A stretch of 62,000 nucleotides of DNA from contig NC_087437.1 in NCBI RefSeq assembly GCF_036321535.1, forward strand, positions 9,052,001 to 9,114,000. The letters run 5' to 3'. Under the pieces are notes generated by a model. It did not search any database. It saw nothing but the letters and a program-made list of their open reading frames with translations, and was not told where the DNA came from. Shown here piece by piece: positions 50,690 to 62,000 of this stretch. The position numbers and the translations under genes were made by a program. Numbering within the stretch: the stretch's first letter is position 1; each line of letters begins with the position of its first letter. Origin of the DNA: Camelus dromedarius (lineage: Eukaryota).

Positions 50690-51110
50690 AAATGTTTCCT
50701 CATTTCTCAAAAATATTTCTGAAAAATATAGTATTTCTAGACAAATGACTCAAGAAAAAGATGGAAATATTTAAAGAGGATATTTCAAGACCACAAGATA
50801 TAAAACTGAAAACTAAACAGAGCTGCAAGTTACAATATGGATGACAAAATAAATACAAATTAAAATATAATCAGCGATATATTGGGCACATCAGGGAAAA
50901 GTAATACAAAACAAAATGGTAATGGGCTAAAATGTAAAAGTGATTATCATTAAAATGATACATATATAGGACAAAAGAGAGTTAAATTCCTGAAGATTAG
51001 AACTAAGTAAAACAGAAAATATTAGAAATATAGTAAAAGAAAACTATTGAATTTGCAGATCAAAAGAACTTAGTATATCCTGGGATTTACTAATAGAGAA
51101 CAAAATTATA
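50690..51110 (+). mobile_element. Very old L1/HAL1 ORF1-like fragment
   Basis: A-rich strand-biased stretch ending 'tgaatttgcagatcaaaagaacttagtatatcctggga'. Confidence 0.45.
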
Positions 51111-51124
51111 ACCAAGTGGTGAAA

Positions 51125-51270
51125 ACACCAAGGTCAGTTTTGGAGAGCATCAGTGTCGAAGGGGGAGATACTTTTAGGCTGAAACACACTGAGTTTGTGG
51201 TTCCTTATGATATCCTAATGAGATAGTGTGTAAATAGTTGCATATGTAGGTCTTGACCTCAAAGAAATAT
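51125..51270 (-). mobile_element. L2 fragment
   Basis: 'cacactgagtttgtggttccttatgatatcctaatgagatagtgtgtaaatagttgcatatgtaggtcttgacctcaaaga'. Confidence 0.55.
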
Positions 51271-51790
51271 ATATATATTTTCTAATATTTTAATACATAT
51301 TAATATATTTCATATAAATACAAAATATTACATAACATAAAATATTTATATTAAACATATATATCTTATATGGAATCTTTCTGGATTTAGTAAGCAAATA
51401 AACTACACATTTATAATAATATGATATATAGTGTCATATACAATAAGTGTGTCAGAATCCATAGACTATTAAGACAAAGGTCAAACTATATTGATAGAAG
51501 AGGCCGTTTCTCTGCTGGTCTCTTGACACGGTTGGCTTCCCCGATGGGACTGTGAAGGGCAGAAAGCATGAGGCAGACACCCCATAGGAGTTCCTTTCTG
51601 AGATGTTCTAAAAGTTTATGTTTCAGTTTCTGATTGATTCTAAAAATATGCTGAAAATGGGAGAAGGGAGTACCTCGCCTGAGTAAAAGCAATTAACCTA
51701 GCATGATAGAGTGTTTTTCTTCAGGTCATTTTCAGCTCCTATTAAGATAAGAACAGCATTTATCAGAGAAAAATCTGCAAGATACAGGTC

Positions 51791-52321
51791 TATGATGGTT
51801 AATTTTACCTGTCTGCTGGACTGTTCCACAGGGTACCCAGACATTTGGTCAGACATTATTCTGAGTGTATCTGTGAGGGTGTTTTGGATGAGATTAACAC
51901 TTGAAAGACTAGACTAAGTAAAGCAGATTGCCCTCTCTTTAATATGGGTGGCCCTCGTCCAATCAACTGAAGACCTTATTAGAACAAAAAGCTAGGCCAG
52001 AGGCAACTTCTCTCTGACTGACTGTTTTGAGTTGGGACATTTACCTTCTCCTACCTTCAGACTCAGATTCAGACTGGAAACTTTCCTGGGTCTCCAGTTT
52101 GCTGACTTCAGATCAGATCTTGGGATTTCTCAACCTCCATAATCACGTGAGCCAATATCCTTTCTTATATTCAAATATATATTCTTTATCTATATCTGCA
52201 CCCTTTCTCTTGCTCTCTAGGTCGATCTATCATCTATCTGTCTATCTATCTATCTATCTATCCATCCATATACATATATATCCTATTGGCTCTCTTTCTC
52301 TGGAGAGCCTCAAGTCATACA
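51791..52321 (+). mobile_element. MLT2 (ERV-L) solo LTR with internal (TCTA)n
   Basis: Starts 'tatgatggttaattttacctgtc...cccagacatttggtcagacattattctgagtg' and ends 'cctattggctctctttctctggagagcc...taca'. 5-bp TSD aggtc (51786-51790) and gggtc (52322-52326). Confidence 0.92.
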
Positions 52322-52840
52322 GGGTCAGCACAGAATGTGATTAAGAACCAATATTAAAAGTATAAAATCAACAAGTTCACAGATGTCTTGAGATCAAGAT
52401 GAAGAAGTGGACAGCGGCAGGCAGATATTCCACCACATGCTGTTAGTCAGTAACTATCGAATCAAGAACCAGGGTAATAGTCTCAAACTAAACACAGGTA
52501 CTAAAAGCACTTTTTTGAAACATAATTTATTTCTTATTTATTCAAGGATTTGTTTTTTTCTAGGATGCGAGCCAATCAAAATGCATAGCTATTCCAGGTA
52601 GAAGTAGGTAGGACACACTTGGGATTTAATCACTTAATCACTGGATTGAAAGAAAGTGTCTAAATATAAGAATGTCTTTTGAAGGCAGTATTTCATGTAA
52701 AAAGGGATAATAGAGGTTTTTCTTTTAAATCAAAAATGGAAAACTAACAAAGAAAAGCCATATAAATGTCATGACACTTGGTTACCTAGCTATGAATATT
52801 TATGGAAATATTTCTCAAGATTGGACTTGGCTTAGTTATA

Positions 52841-54525
52841 TGTTGTGGACCCTGTGCTGCACCACCCACATGACCTATGAAGGACAGAAGGTCATATTCT
52901 GTCAGCTTCTTTGAGTGCTGCCAGCTGCCAGCCCTCAGCTGTCAGCTCTCTCCAAGAACGGCTCTCATCTGAAGAGAGGCAGTTTGCCCAAGACCACACT
53001 CCCGTCTCTGAAGCAGCCTACATCCACGGACTGGTTGATGTGTGGATATAAAGCCCCAGCGTCTTTGCCCCTCTTTAAATCAACACTGAAAGGCTGTTTC
53101 TGTTTGGAACCTCCCTATGGCATCTTCTGATGACTTTGTTAAGACTTTTTTGTGATGATAGTGCAGCTAATCTCCTCCTCCTTTACAATTTTGCTTCTTT
53201 ACTTTTCCCCAGAACTGCCTTCTTTTCCAACCCGACACTGAAGACACAGTTAAGGCAACATCTTAAAGACAATACCCTGTTTGGATGAAATTTTATGCGG
53301 AATAAACTCTAAATCAATATGCATTGTATCATGCTTTGCTCCCATGAGTAGAATGGAGGGTCCATAAACCAAAGGGTGAAAATAAGAGTAGGCTGACTAA
53401 ACCATCACTTTGAGGAAACTCCTTGGGAAATTTCTGCTTCTCACCATCACAAATCTAGGCTCTGGTGTCTTACAGTTCCTGGTTTCCAAGTGGTTATTCT
53501 TCCACCAGGGACCATAGAAAGAGCCCCACAGAAATTTAAGGTGTGGCTGCCACCAGGTACTTCAGACTCAAAGTACAAAGGGACCAAGGGGAAGTAACAA
53601 GGGTAACTGACCATCATCAACAGGAGGAAACAGAGCTGCTCTTACACAAGGTGGGTGTGGCTGGATACGCTCAGCAGCCAGATGATCCCCTCGGGCAACT
53701 CTTGGCTCTCCCTTGCCCAGTTTTGATAGTAAATGGACAAGCCCAACAACCAAGGATTGAAATGGGTATGGTGACAAGAGATCTAGATACTTTAAGAAGG
53801 AGGATCTGAGTCCAACCAGCGGAGAGGGTAGGTAAGGGTGAGAAGCAACAGGAATGGTTAGTAGAGAAGGAAAATAACAAATATCAGTGTTGGAGACCTG
53901 CTTCAATGGCAGAAACTATCATTTATTCCATGGATCTTTCTCTTCAAGTTCACTCCAGGAAGATACAGCCATCATAGTCCCGAAAGAATGGCTTCCAGAA
54001 TTTAAACAAAGAAGGGTATTTGAGCAAAGAGAGAGGTGGACTTAGAAGTTGCGGTGTGTCGGTGGGATACCCCTTACTTCACTGGCTGATAAGAGTGCTG
54101 CTAGTTGGCCGACTGGGTCTGGGCTATGGCAGAACATCTGATCAAAGTGCATTCACTGTCTCGACACTGTAACGTGAGCTTTCTAAAGTTGGCTATAACA
54201 GAGGCTATCTAATTGCCCTTAACTGAAGAGAGTTGCTTCATCCAAGATCTCACTAACTTTTGGGGTAGCCTGCATCTGGAGAAATTGGTCTGAAGGCCTG
54301 GCCCCTTTGGCTAACTTTGGACCAACTGTGAAGGTTCAATTACAACTTCACAGTACACTGTGGGGTCATCTGTAGCCTTTGCGGATGGCCCCAGGGACCA
54401 ACTTCTTGCTCTGCCCAATCCTGCCCCATGTCCCCCCCACACTAGTGCAGAATCAGGGAGCAATCCCCAACTAACTAATGCTAATCTAGCCTCAAACTTA
54501 GTTTCCTGGGGAGTTGAATCTTCAT
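52841..54525 (+). mobile_element. Internally deleted ERV-L provirus: LTR16-like (52841-~53246), internal remnant, PPT, LTR16-like (~54042-54525)
   Basis: The two LTR blocks share motifs ('ctgaagagaggcagtttgcccaagaccaca' vs 'ctgaagagagttgcttcatccaagatctca'; 'gcagcctacatc' vs 'gtagcctgcatc'). A purine tract 'aaagagagaggtgga' precedes the second LTR. Confidence 0.8.
53470..53760 (+). pseudogene. ERV-L dUTPase remnant
   Basis: ORF 53543..53809 contains VTDHHQQEETELLLHKVG...DPLGQLLALPCPVLIVNGQAQQP, resembling the ERV-L dUTPase segment (VIDPDYQGEIGLLLHNGG...DPLGRLLVLPCPV.KVNGKLQQP, from memory). Confidence 0.8.
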
Positions 54526-54707
54526 TGTTGTCCAAAGATGAGAGAGAATTAATTGAGTGGTTTCCATCCTTCAAGACAGAATGACTCCTTTACAACCACA
54601 TACTTTCGTGATTTTGAAGAATGCTTTGTAAAGTATATGAAAGTTCATAATATAATGTTGAGTGAAAAAGAAGCAAGGTGTAGAATATGATAATGAAGAC
54701 CTGTGAC

Positions 54708-54854
54708 GGGGAGGGTACAGCTCGGTGGTAAGAGAACATGCTTAGCATGCAGGAGGTTCTGGGTTCAGTCCCCAATACCTCCATTAAATAAATAAAATAA
54801 ATAAATAAACCTAATTTTATTTATTTAAAAAAATAAAAGACTCCCCCTAAAGAA
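54708..54854 (+). mobile_element. tRNA-Ala-derived SINE (vic-1 type)
   Basis: 'ggggagggtacagctcggtggtaagagaacatgcttagcatgcaggaggttctgggttcagtccccaatacctcca'. TSD aagacctgtg (54696-54705) and aagacttgtg (54855-54864). Confidence 0.94.
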
Positions 54855-55029
54855 AAGACTTGTGCGAGAGGCAAAGAGAAAGAGAGAGATATGAAAAAAA
54901 AAAATGCCCCAAGATGTTTAAATGGGTTTTCTAGACTTAAGGAAAATTGTGATTTTTTTCCTTTGTGCTTTTCTGTGTTTCTGAACGCTTCACAATTCAT
55001 ATGTATTGATTTTCATTTGGAAAGTAATA

Positions 55030-55292
55030 CAACTGACCCTCAGTACCTGTGGGGGGATTAGTTCCAGGTTCCACCCGACTACCAAAATCCATGAGTGTTC
55101 AAGCCCCAAAGTCAGTCCTCCTCATACCCCCAGATTCCAGCCCCTCTGATTCTGTGTTGGTGAGATTCAACCAGCTGCCCATCCTCCGATGTGGAACCCG
55201 CAATTACGAGGGCTGACTGTACATCTATTGCAAAAAATCCTTCAATAAGGGGACCCACACAGTTCAAACCCTTGTATTGCAGGGGCCAACTG
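55030..55292. mobile_element. TcMar-Tigger MITE (MER2/MER8/Tigger2-like)
   Basis: TA|caactgaccct...ggggccaactg|TA termini. Internal 'gattagttccagg', 'ggaacccgcaattacgagggctgactg' and 'ggacccacacagttcaaaccc'. Confidence 0.85.
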
Positions 55293-57684
55293 TATTTTAA
55301 CTGGCATCCCATCGCTTGCTCTGATAATATGGTGCATTTTAGGAAAGTTTGGTGTCAGCGTGATTTTCAGGAGGAGTTTTTCACCTTTATCACTTTAAGG
55401 GAGCTATGATCTTCCTCATTTTCGCCGATAAGTTCATTTCAGTTGATTAAGCTACATTATACGTCTTCTCTTGAGATGAAGTACTGAATAATTATTATTT
55501 TCAAATTCACGCCCCTGCAGTGAGAGTTTCTGACTCGTCTCCCTCCCAGGGGGGCACACTGCACTTTTCAGGGTGCTCAGCTGCCCAGAGTGGGAGTGGG
55601 CGCAGGCTGCCGTTCTTGGGCTGTGACAAGGCAGCTAATCCAGAGCCATCAATTCTCTGGTCATTAGGACCCAAGCTTTCTAGCTTCGGTCATCAGAGAT
55701 GCTGTCAATTTCCAACCACACCCCTTCACCCCTTCATGCTACGGGCAGCCTCCTCAGGAGTCACTTCCCACCTGATGGACTTAGCATCTTCTCACTCCTC
55801 CAACACTGCAACTTAACCTTGGGCCCAAGGGCAATAGAGGCAGCTGAAAAGGAGGGGTGTGTGCGTGTGTGTGTGTATAAGGGGCAAGGTGCTGTCGATT
55901 TTAACAACCAATTTCCTCCAGCGCTGATTTCCTCTAAATTGGAAAGATCCTTTCTTTTGAATGACTGGCTGATGTGATGTCTGGTTAAGAGACTGCCTTC
56001 TGAGTGCTGGCCCCAGTGACGGATCGGGGTTGACAGGTCCAGGTAACTGAAGTGGGCATCCCCTGCCAACTATTGTTAAATGAAGCAAGGAAAGAAGAGG
56101 ATTACAATATCCTGCAACCGTGGTCCCCAGTATAAGCGTACAGCAACACCGCCGTACTGGGAGTGGTGATATAGAGGAGTTAACTAGCTGCCTATTCTTG
56201 TTACCATTTTAAGATGAGACGGCTCTGCACTTTGGAGGCAAATCTCACTCCCGTTATATATTTCCTAAAACTCGTATGATTCCTGCCAGTGGTCCTGCTA
56301 CCCAGAATCAGCTACATGTCTTCTGTTACTTCCGTGCATTTCCCTTTTTTATATTCTCTCCCAGCAAAATCAATTTTTTCCCAGCAAATAGAAAATGAAG
56401 CAGGTGACGTTTGTTATCAGAAAGGAAAATACTCTTGCCTGGCTTTTGGTAATTCATTTCTACCTTTGTTTTCCCACATTTAGTTTTGGTCATTATTTTG
56501 AAACAGCCTGAACCTTTAAAACTGGCCTACTAACTGGCATGGCATGCATATTAAAGAAACCTGAATCTTTGGATGAAGCTTACCAACAAATTCAGGAGGC
56601 AGATTATTATCCAACAAATGTCACTATAACCTGAGGCCCCACATTATAAAATTCTTTCCCAGGCCTCATCAGCAACTCATCTATTTTAAGCAATATTTGA
56701 CACAGCAGAATGTTACTGCATCGGAGGCACGTGGGCAGTCTGATGGCAATCCTGACCGTGATGGATTTAATTAAGGGGAGAAGGTTTGGGTTTATTCTGG
56801 AATCTCTGCTTTAAGTGCAAGCAATTTGGAGCTGAGCAGGCTGGAAATAGTCTATTGCTGTCTCCCCTGTGTGCCAAATTTAGGTGTAATGTCACGCATA
56901 AGCAATTTGCCCCCCAAAAGAAGTAGCAGATTCACCACACATCTAATTATTACTTGCCAAAGAGGCCGAATTCCACAACTTCAGTAAGAGTCATTGAGCT
57001 CACTAGATAATGGAAATTTCATAAAATAATCAGGTTAGGTGAACTACATGGCTGTGTGTGTGTGTGTTTTCTTGTGTGTGTTTAACTTAAAAAGAGAATA
57101 CAGAATAATCAAGAGCTGAATGGTTGATTTAGCTTCATTGACAAACAATGCTTGAAATGGAGATCAAAACAGCTGCCCTGATAATTGCTTTTACAGCAAA
57201 TGGAACAAAATGTTCCTGAAGTATTAAATAATTGTTTTACTCATCCAATGCGCTTTTCACTTCAGACTAGAGATTCTGAGACCTCGGCTATCAAAACTTT
57301 ATAAAATACAGTCATTCAAAAAAGAAATCGATTTCTGCATATAAATGAAATAAATGTTTAGAAAAGAAATGAATAAATAAAAGAATGAATATGAGTGGCT
57401 GGAGCTGGTAGTTATTTACTGCCTTTGAAGTTTCAAAGATTTTTACAATGTGCTTTAACTGCTGATTGTTAACAATAAGATGTACACAACATTCAAATTT
57501 GAGACTTCAGTTTGCTTCCTTGATTTCTGACCACCAACACCAATCCATCCTAAGCTCTACCTCAACTATTTAGAAAATAAAGCAGTAGTATATAGGAATA
57601 TGCACCACCTCACCTACCGGTAGCTGTCACTCCATTCATCCGTTCTTCTCTCTTTTCTTGCCCTCATGCATTCATTCATTCATC

Positions 57685-58249
57685 TGTTAGGCAGTTAGAG
57701 AAGTGGGGCACCGGGCAGATGAGGTGGAAGAAAGGGAGGATGGTCCAGAAGATGGTTGTATGTCCATTTTCAGCATAAAGGGGCTTTACTTCCTCTAAAT
57801 GAGCACCAGCAAGAAACTGGTTGGGACCAGACTGGACGGCTGGGACTGTGCAGTATCAACAAGGACCTAACTGGTCCTAACTGGACATGATCCAATGCTC
57901 ATTGTAATATAATTAGCATTGCAGTTTAGTACCGCCCCCCATGGGTTTTTCTGTGTGCATCATGGATAAGGATATGCGCTAAAGGAGACGAGCATGACTC
58001 AGCACTCCAGGGGCAAGAGCCGTCAGTCAATCAAGAGACGGCCTCTAAGCGAGGGTATAAGATGGAGGACTAAGGAAGACCCAGGCTGCCACCTGCTCTC
58101 GGATCAGCCCACCTCCTGCTCTTGGAGGTGTACTTCCGCTTTGCTAATAAAAATTTTTATATCTTAACTACGTAACACTTTTGTTTCCCATTTGAAATCT
58201 TCTCTTTCACGCAAAACAAGAACTGAGGCCTTCCCCTTTTGGGGTAACA
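57685..58249 (+). mobile_element. Relatively young ERV solo LTR (565 bp) inserted in an L2 tail
   Basis: Inverted termini TGTTA...TAACA, 4-bp flanks catc/catg, TATAA at 58056-58060, AATAAA at 58146-58151, and retained CpGs. Confidence 0.88.
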
Positions 58250-58912
58250 CATGCACTTAACAAACATGTATCACTCCCCATATTATGCTGAGACTGTGAT
58301 ACATATAAAAAGAAATAGAAGTGAAGGTTTGTTTCTTAACTCTGGGTTCTTATACCATGTGATAGGCTACATGATTGAGGAATGGGAAATAAGGGAGACC
58401 TGGGTTGAGATCTTGACTCTGCCACTTCCTAGTCCTGCATGGTAGAGATTACTAGTTGTTTGCCCCAAATCCATCCTTGATTTTGCCTTGGAAACAGAAA
58501 TGTTTTCTTCTTCCCCACTCCCCGATCAGTAGCATTGTTGTTGCATGTGGAGGGTTTCCAAGAGAAGTCCTTAAGAGTGGGACACACAGCTGTAAGGGAC
58601 ATGATCTATCTTCACCATAGTTTCTTCTGTGAAATACAGATGTGATTTTCATATGTTTAGCAGCCATTTTGGGTAATGAGGCCAACTTGAGGATGCATGT
58701 TAAGTACATACGTTGACAGTGAGTCCATGAAGACATACAAATCATGGACTGTCTACTTCTGAATATGTTTAACCTGTGAGTGAAATTCATTTCTATTATG
58801 CTTAACAATTAACAAAAAAAATTAAAAAGTGATCAATTGTGTCATCTTGGTGAGTCTCCTATTCTCTCTGAGCCCTCTTCTCTAACGCTGTAAAATAACA
58901 TCAGCTTTGTAG

Positions 58913-59397
58913 AGTCAGCTAAAAATTGTCACTCACCATCTGCTTATACAAGAATGAAGTCACAAGCCACTGACCTTCAACACACCCTTAAAGGCATTCA
59001 GGGTAGAGATCAGGAATGAGGCACCCTGTGCTCTAGGAAAAATTGACAGAACAGACTTCAGATAATTAGATATTTTCAGGAAATTTTATGCACCTGTTCT
59101 CTTGTATCTCCTCATATCTAGAAAAGCACTAAAATCATTAATGGAGACTAACTCCTTGTGAGTAGCAGTAACCTTCCAGAGACTAATGGCAACCCTCTGC
59201 CAAAATGTGTGCTTGATTGCACATTTATCTCTTTCACTAAACCTACATGTATACTGACCTCCCTCCTATTTCTTTGGAGCAGTTCCTCAGAGCTACCTGA
59301 GAAGCTGCCCCCCCAGATAATAGTCCTCACTTAGCCCCAAATAAAACTTAACTCACAACTCTCACATTGTGCTTTTATTTTATTTTTTCAGTTGACA
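58913..59397 (+). mobile_element. ERV1-like solo LTR inserted in a MIR
   Basis: Inverted termini 'agtcagctaaaaa' and 'ttttttcagttgaca', 4-bp TSD gtag (58909-58912 and 59398-59401), and AATAAA near 59340 after 'gagcagttcctcagagcta'. Confidence 0.85.
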
Positions 59398-62000
59398 GTA
59401 GAGTTTTCAACTAAAAGGTTTAATGTCTATAGAACAGCCAGCACATAATAGAGGGGTGCACAGGAGATACTCCATGGCCCTGGAACATTCTGACACAGTT
59501 TTTATTACTTACTGATTAATTACAGTGATCTCTATTTTAATTGGTCAGAATCAATATCTTACCAAGGAATGATTGGGTTTTGAATACCATGCCAAAATAC
59601 ATTACATAAATTAACTTCTAATCTTAAGACAATTTTTACCTTTATAAAAGCTGAAATCATAATAGGATTTAAAAAAGAGAGAAAGCCAATAGAAATGTCA
59701 GAAATTAATATCAGTGAAGGGTCAACTATTTGGTACTAAACATAAGGGCTTTTGCCTTTTGAGCTCTTTGATTTGATAGAGTTGCTGGAAGAGGAAAATA
59801 CCAATGAGGGAGATGGATCTCATATTCCTGGCATGCTGACATTTACAGAAGATGAGACCATTAAAAAATTATCAACAAAATATAAGATGTACATCCTGCT
59901 ACCATGAGAATGGGGAAGTAGAAACACCGTATCTGGAAAAGCCAAAACTTTGTAAACAATGAAATATTGTCCAAATTGCTTTGTCGAGACCAAATGCAGG
60001 TTCTGTCCATGTTTTTAAATTTTAATTTTATTTAATCATTTCAAGAACTCCTCAAGTGTGTGTCTTTCTTTTAAACTGCTTCAGATACTTTTTGGAAATA
60101 AGTGGGTATACACTAAACAGTGTTTTTTCTTAAATAAATAAATTTACAAATAAACATAGAAAAATGGAAGGGAAATAGGTAATGATTAGTTTTGTCTTTG
60201 ACTTTAGGCATCGAGGATTTATTATTTCAACCTGATCACGAAATACAGAACATTTTCAAAATAATGTTTGTGTCTGTTTTAAGCCCTGATGTTTAACCTA
60301 ATTAACACAAATAAAGGAAATGATAATTTATACACACCAACCTCTGCATGACGTTTATGGCCCTCAGTGTGATGAATGAGGGTAAACGCCCAGCATTTTG
60401 AATGATGCGATAATTAAACAGGGAAAGGAGAAGGGTCCATTGTCAGCATCATAACGAAAGCTGTGAAGATTTTCGAAGTACACGGACTTCTCAGGGCTTG
60501 CGCTAACCCTGCTCTAGAGCAGAGAAGGAATAGCTGGATGTCTTCATGGTCACTCATCATAGGAAAGTTGAGAGTTACTTATGACCCTTCAAAATACTTC
60601 CCTTAAACTGCTTTACTGTAGAATAAACACAATTTTAAAAGCGTACAGCCTTTCACTCCATAGTTAGGAAGAGAGAGAACGTATCACAGTCACAGCACCG
60701 CAGAAGACGTGGGAGAATCCCAGAGGTCAAACTTCCACTTTGTAGGTGAGGAAACCAGAGCCAAGAAGAGCAGCAGTAATTTTTTCGGAATTTTTTGGAA
60801 ATAAGAAAATGTGGCGTGGGGTTTATTGGGTCAAAATACGAGGGACGTCCAAAAAGAAAAGTTATCAACAAATTGTTGTTGCGTTCAAAGTAGTTTGAGA
60901 GGAATTTCTGTCATTTGCAAGTGAAAGAACATTATCTAGTTCAGTTTTCAAAAATTCTCCGTTTTGAAATTAATGACTAGTAATATTAATGATATAATAA
61001 AAAATGATGTTTGGACCAAAATTGATTTCTGCTTAGATGATAGGCTGGGAGGCTAATATATTTTGATGATGAAACAAAATGTACTGTTGCCATGCCCTTT
61101 GCTAAGGTGAGAGGTAATTGTGTGTTTGTGGTGCGGAGGAGGGAGTGGGTACAGGAGGAGATCCAGAGTGAATAAATGGATCTGTCCCAAAAAGTCAGAA
61201 AAGGCATTTTAAATTACTTATATTTATCCGATAAGTTTCCTGTACTTTGAAAACTTTCAATAAACTCAGTTATATGCAGAATGGCCTAGTGTGAGTTGTG
61301 TGTATGTGTGTGAGAATGGTGTGTGTGTGTCTAAACAAAAAAGGGCTGAGTCCCTTTGGGCCAATGTTGTGTGGCCGATAAAGAAGTAACAGTACGATGG
61401 ACATACAGAAAACAAATATTTAGTGGATGCAGGACATCAGAGACAGAAATTACCATGACATTCAACAGGAAAATAGGGATGGTATTAGACTTCCCGCAAG
61501 ACATGGCAAGATGATTTAAGCCTTTTTATGAATCTCGGTTCAACAAAGCAATTATTGGCAAGCATAATATCCTATAATAAAGAGTACATGGATGTAAGTA
61601 CAAAAACTCAGCTCATGTTGAATAATTCAGTGAAGACGTGTATGTAACGGAAATATTTTTGTTGAAGCAAAGGACCTCAGAGTGCTCACAAAACTGCTAT
61701 CAGTGTTACATCAATGTGTCAATCTAGGCATAACGAACTAAATAACCAGGGGGACTTAGGGATATAAAACATGAAAAACATTATTGTTCTCCAAGACTGA
61801 CTCCAGCCATGTTGTCTTGCACTTCCCTTTTCTGATTCTAGATCTTTCCAATCACTCCAGGTAAATCTTTTCTACCCTCTGGGCCAAGCCTGTACCCTCT
61901 TCTGCCACTTGTGGTGCATAGTATAGCTCCTCGACGCTGGCATGCTCTGCCTCCTGGTCACAGCAAGACATGGCTACAACCCAAGATACTCACTGACCCC

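Noticed and set aside
51280..51440. Extremely AT-rich TA-patterned stretch (also 17530-17610)
   Set aside because: These are low-complexity decayed (TA)n repeats with no further structure evident.
55541..55560. CTCF-like motif (also 40016-40033)
   Set aside because: The G-run length does not fit the core spacing (six Gs here, four at 40026), so the match is weak without a PWM score.
26..61207. Remaining six-frame ORFs as genes
   Set aside because: All are short, many use GTG/TTG starts that are irrelevant in mammalian DNA, and the recognisable ones are L1 ORF2, ERV-L or SINE-antisense translations (e.g. MEVLGIEPRT).
1..62000. Prokaryotic-type systems (CRISPR array, operon, IS element, defence system)
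   Set aside because: The sequence is mammalian repeat-rich DNA with no regularly spaced repeat-spacer array and no gene-dense ORFs.

Overview
This is repeat-rich, AT-rich, CpG-poor mammalian genomic DNA, either intronic or intergenic. Five copies of a tRNA-Ala-derived SINE with an 'AAATAAACCTAATTACCTCCCC'-type tail match my recollection of the camelid vic-1 SINE, so a camelid source is inferred. I found no convincing protein-coding exon, RNA gene or CRISPR array. The supplied ORFs are chance ORFs or decayed L1/ERV reading frames. The window holds a decayed near-full-length L1 (~28.45-36.26 kb) with younger elements nested inside it, many truncated L1s, an internally deleted ERV-L provirus with two LTR16-like LTRs and a dUTPase remnant, several solo LTRs, L2/MIR relics and DNA-transposon MITEs. 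The most unusual items are: (1) a SINE head followed by an L1 5' end joined directly to an L1 3' end at what looks like a splice junction, bracketed by target-site repeats; (2) a CRE/E-box promoter-like patch with a splice donor at ~44.55-44.79 kb; (3) a solo LTR with a perfect NRF2/ARE site ahead of a TATA box, plus a window-wide excess of TGACTCAGC; (4) a strong + strand bias of L1s and LTRs, suggesting an unseen host gene on the - strand. Repeat family names come from recalled consensus sequences, not a database search. Boundaries without a TSD are approximate. I cannot show a new biological system from the sequence alone.
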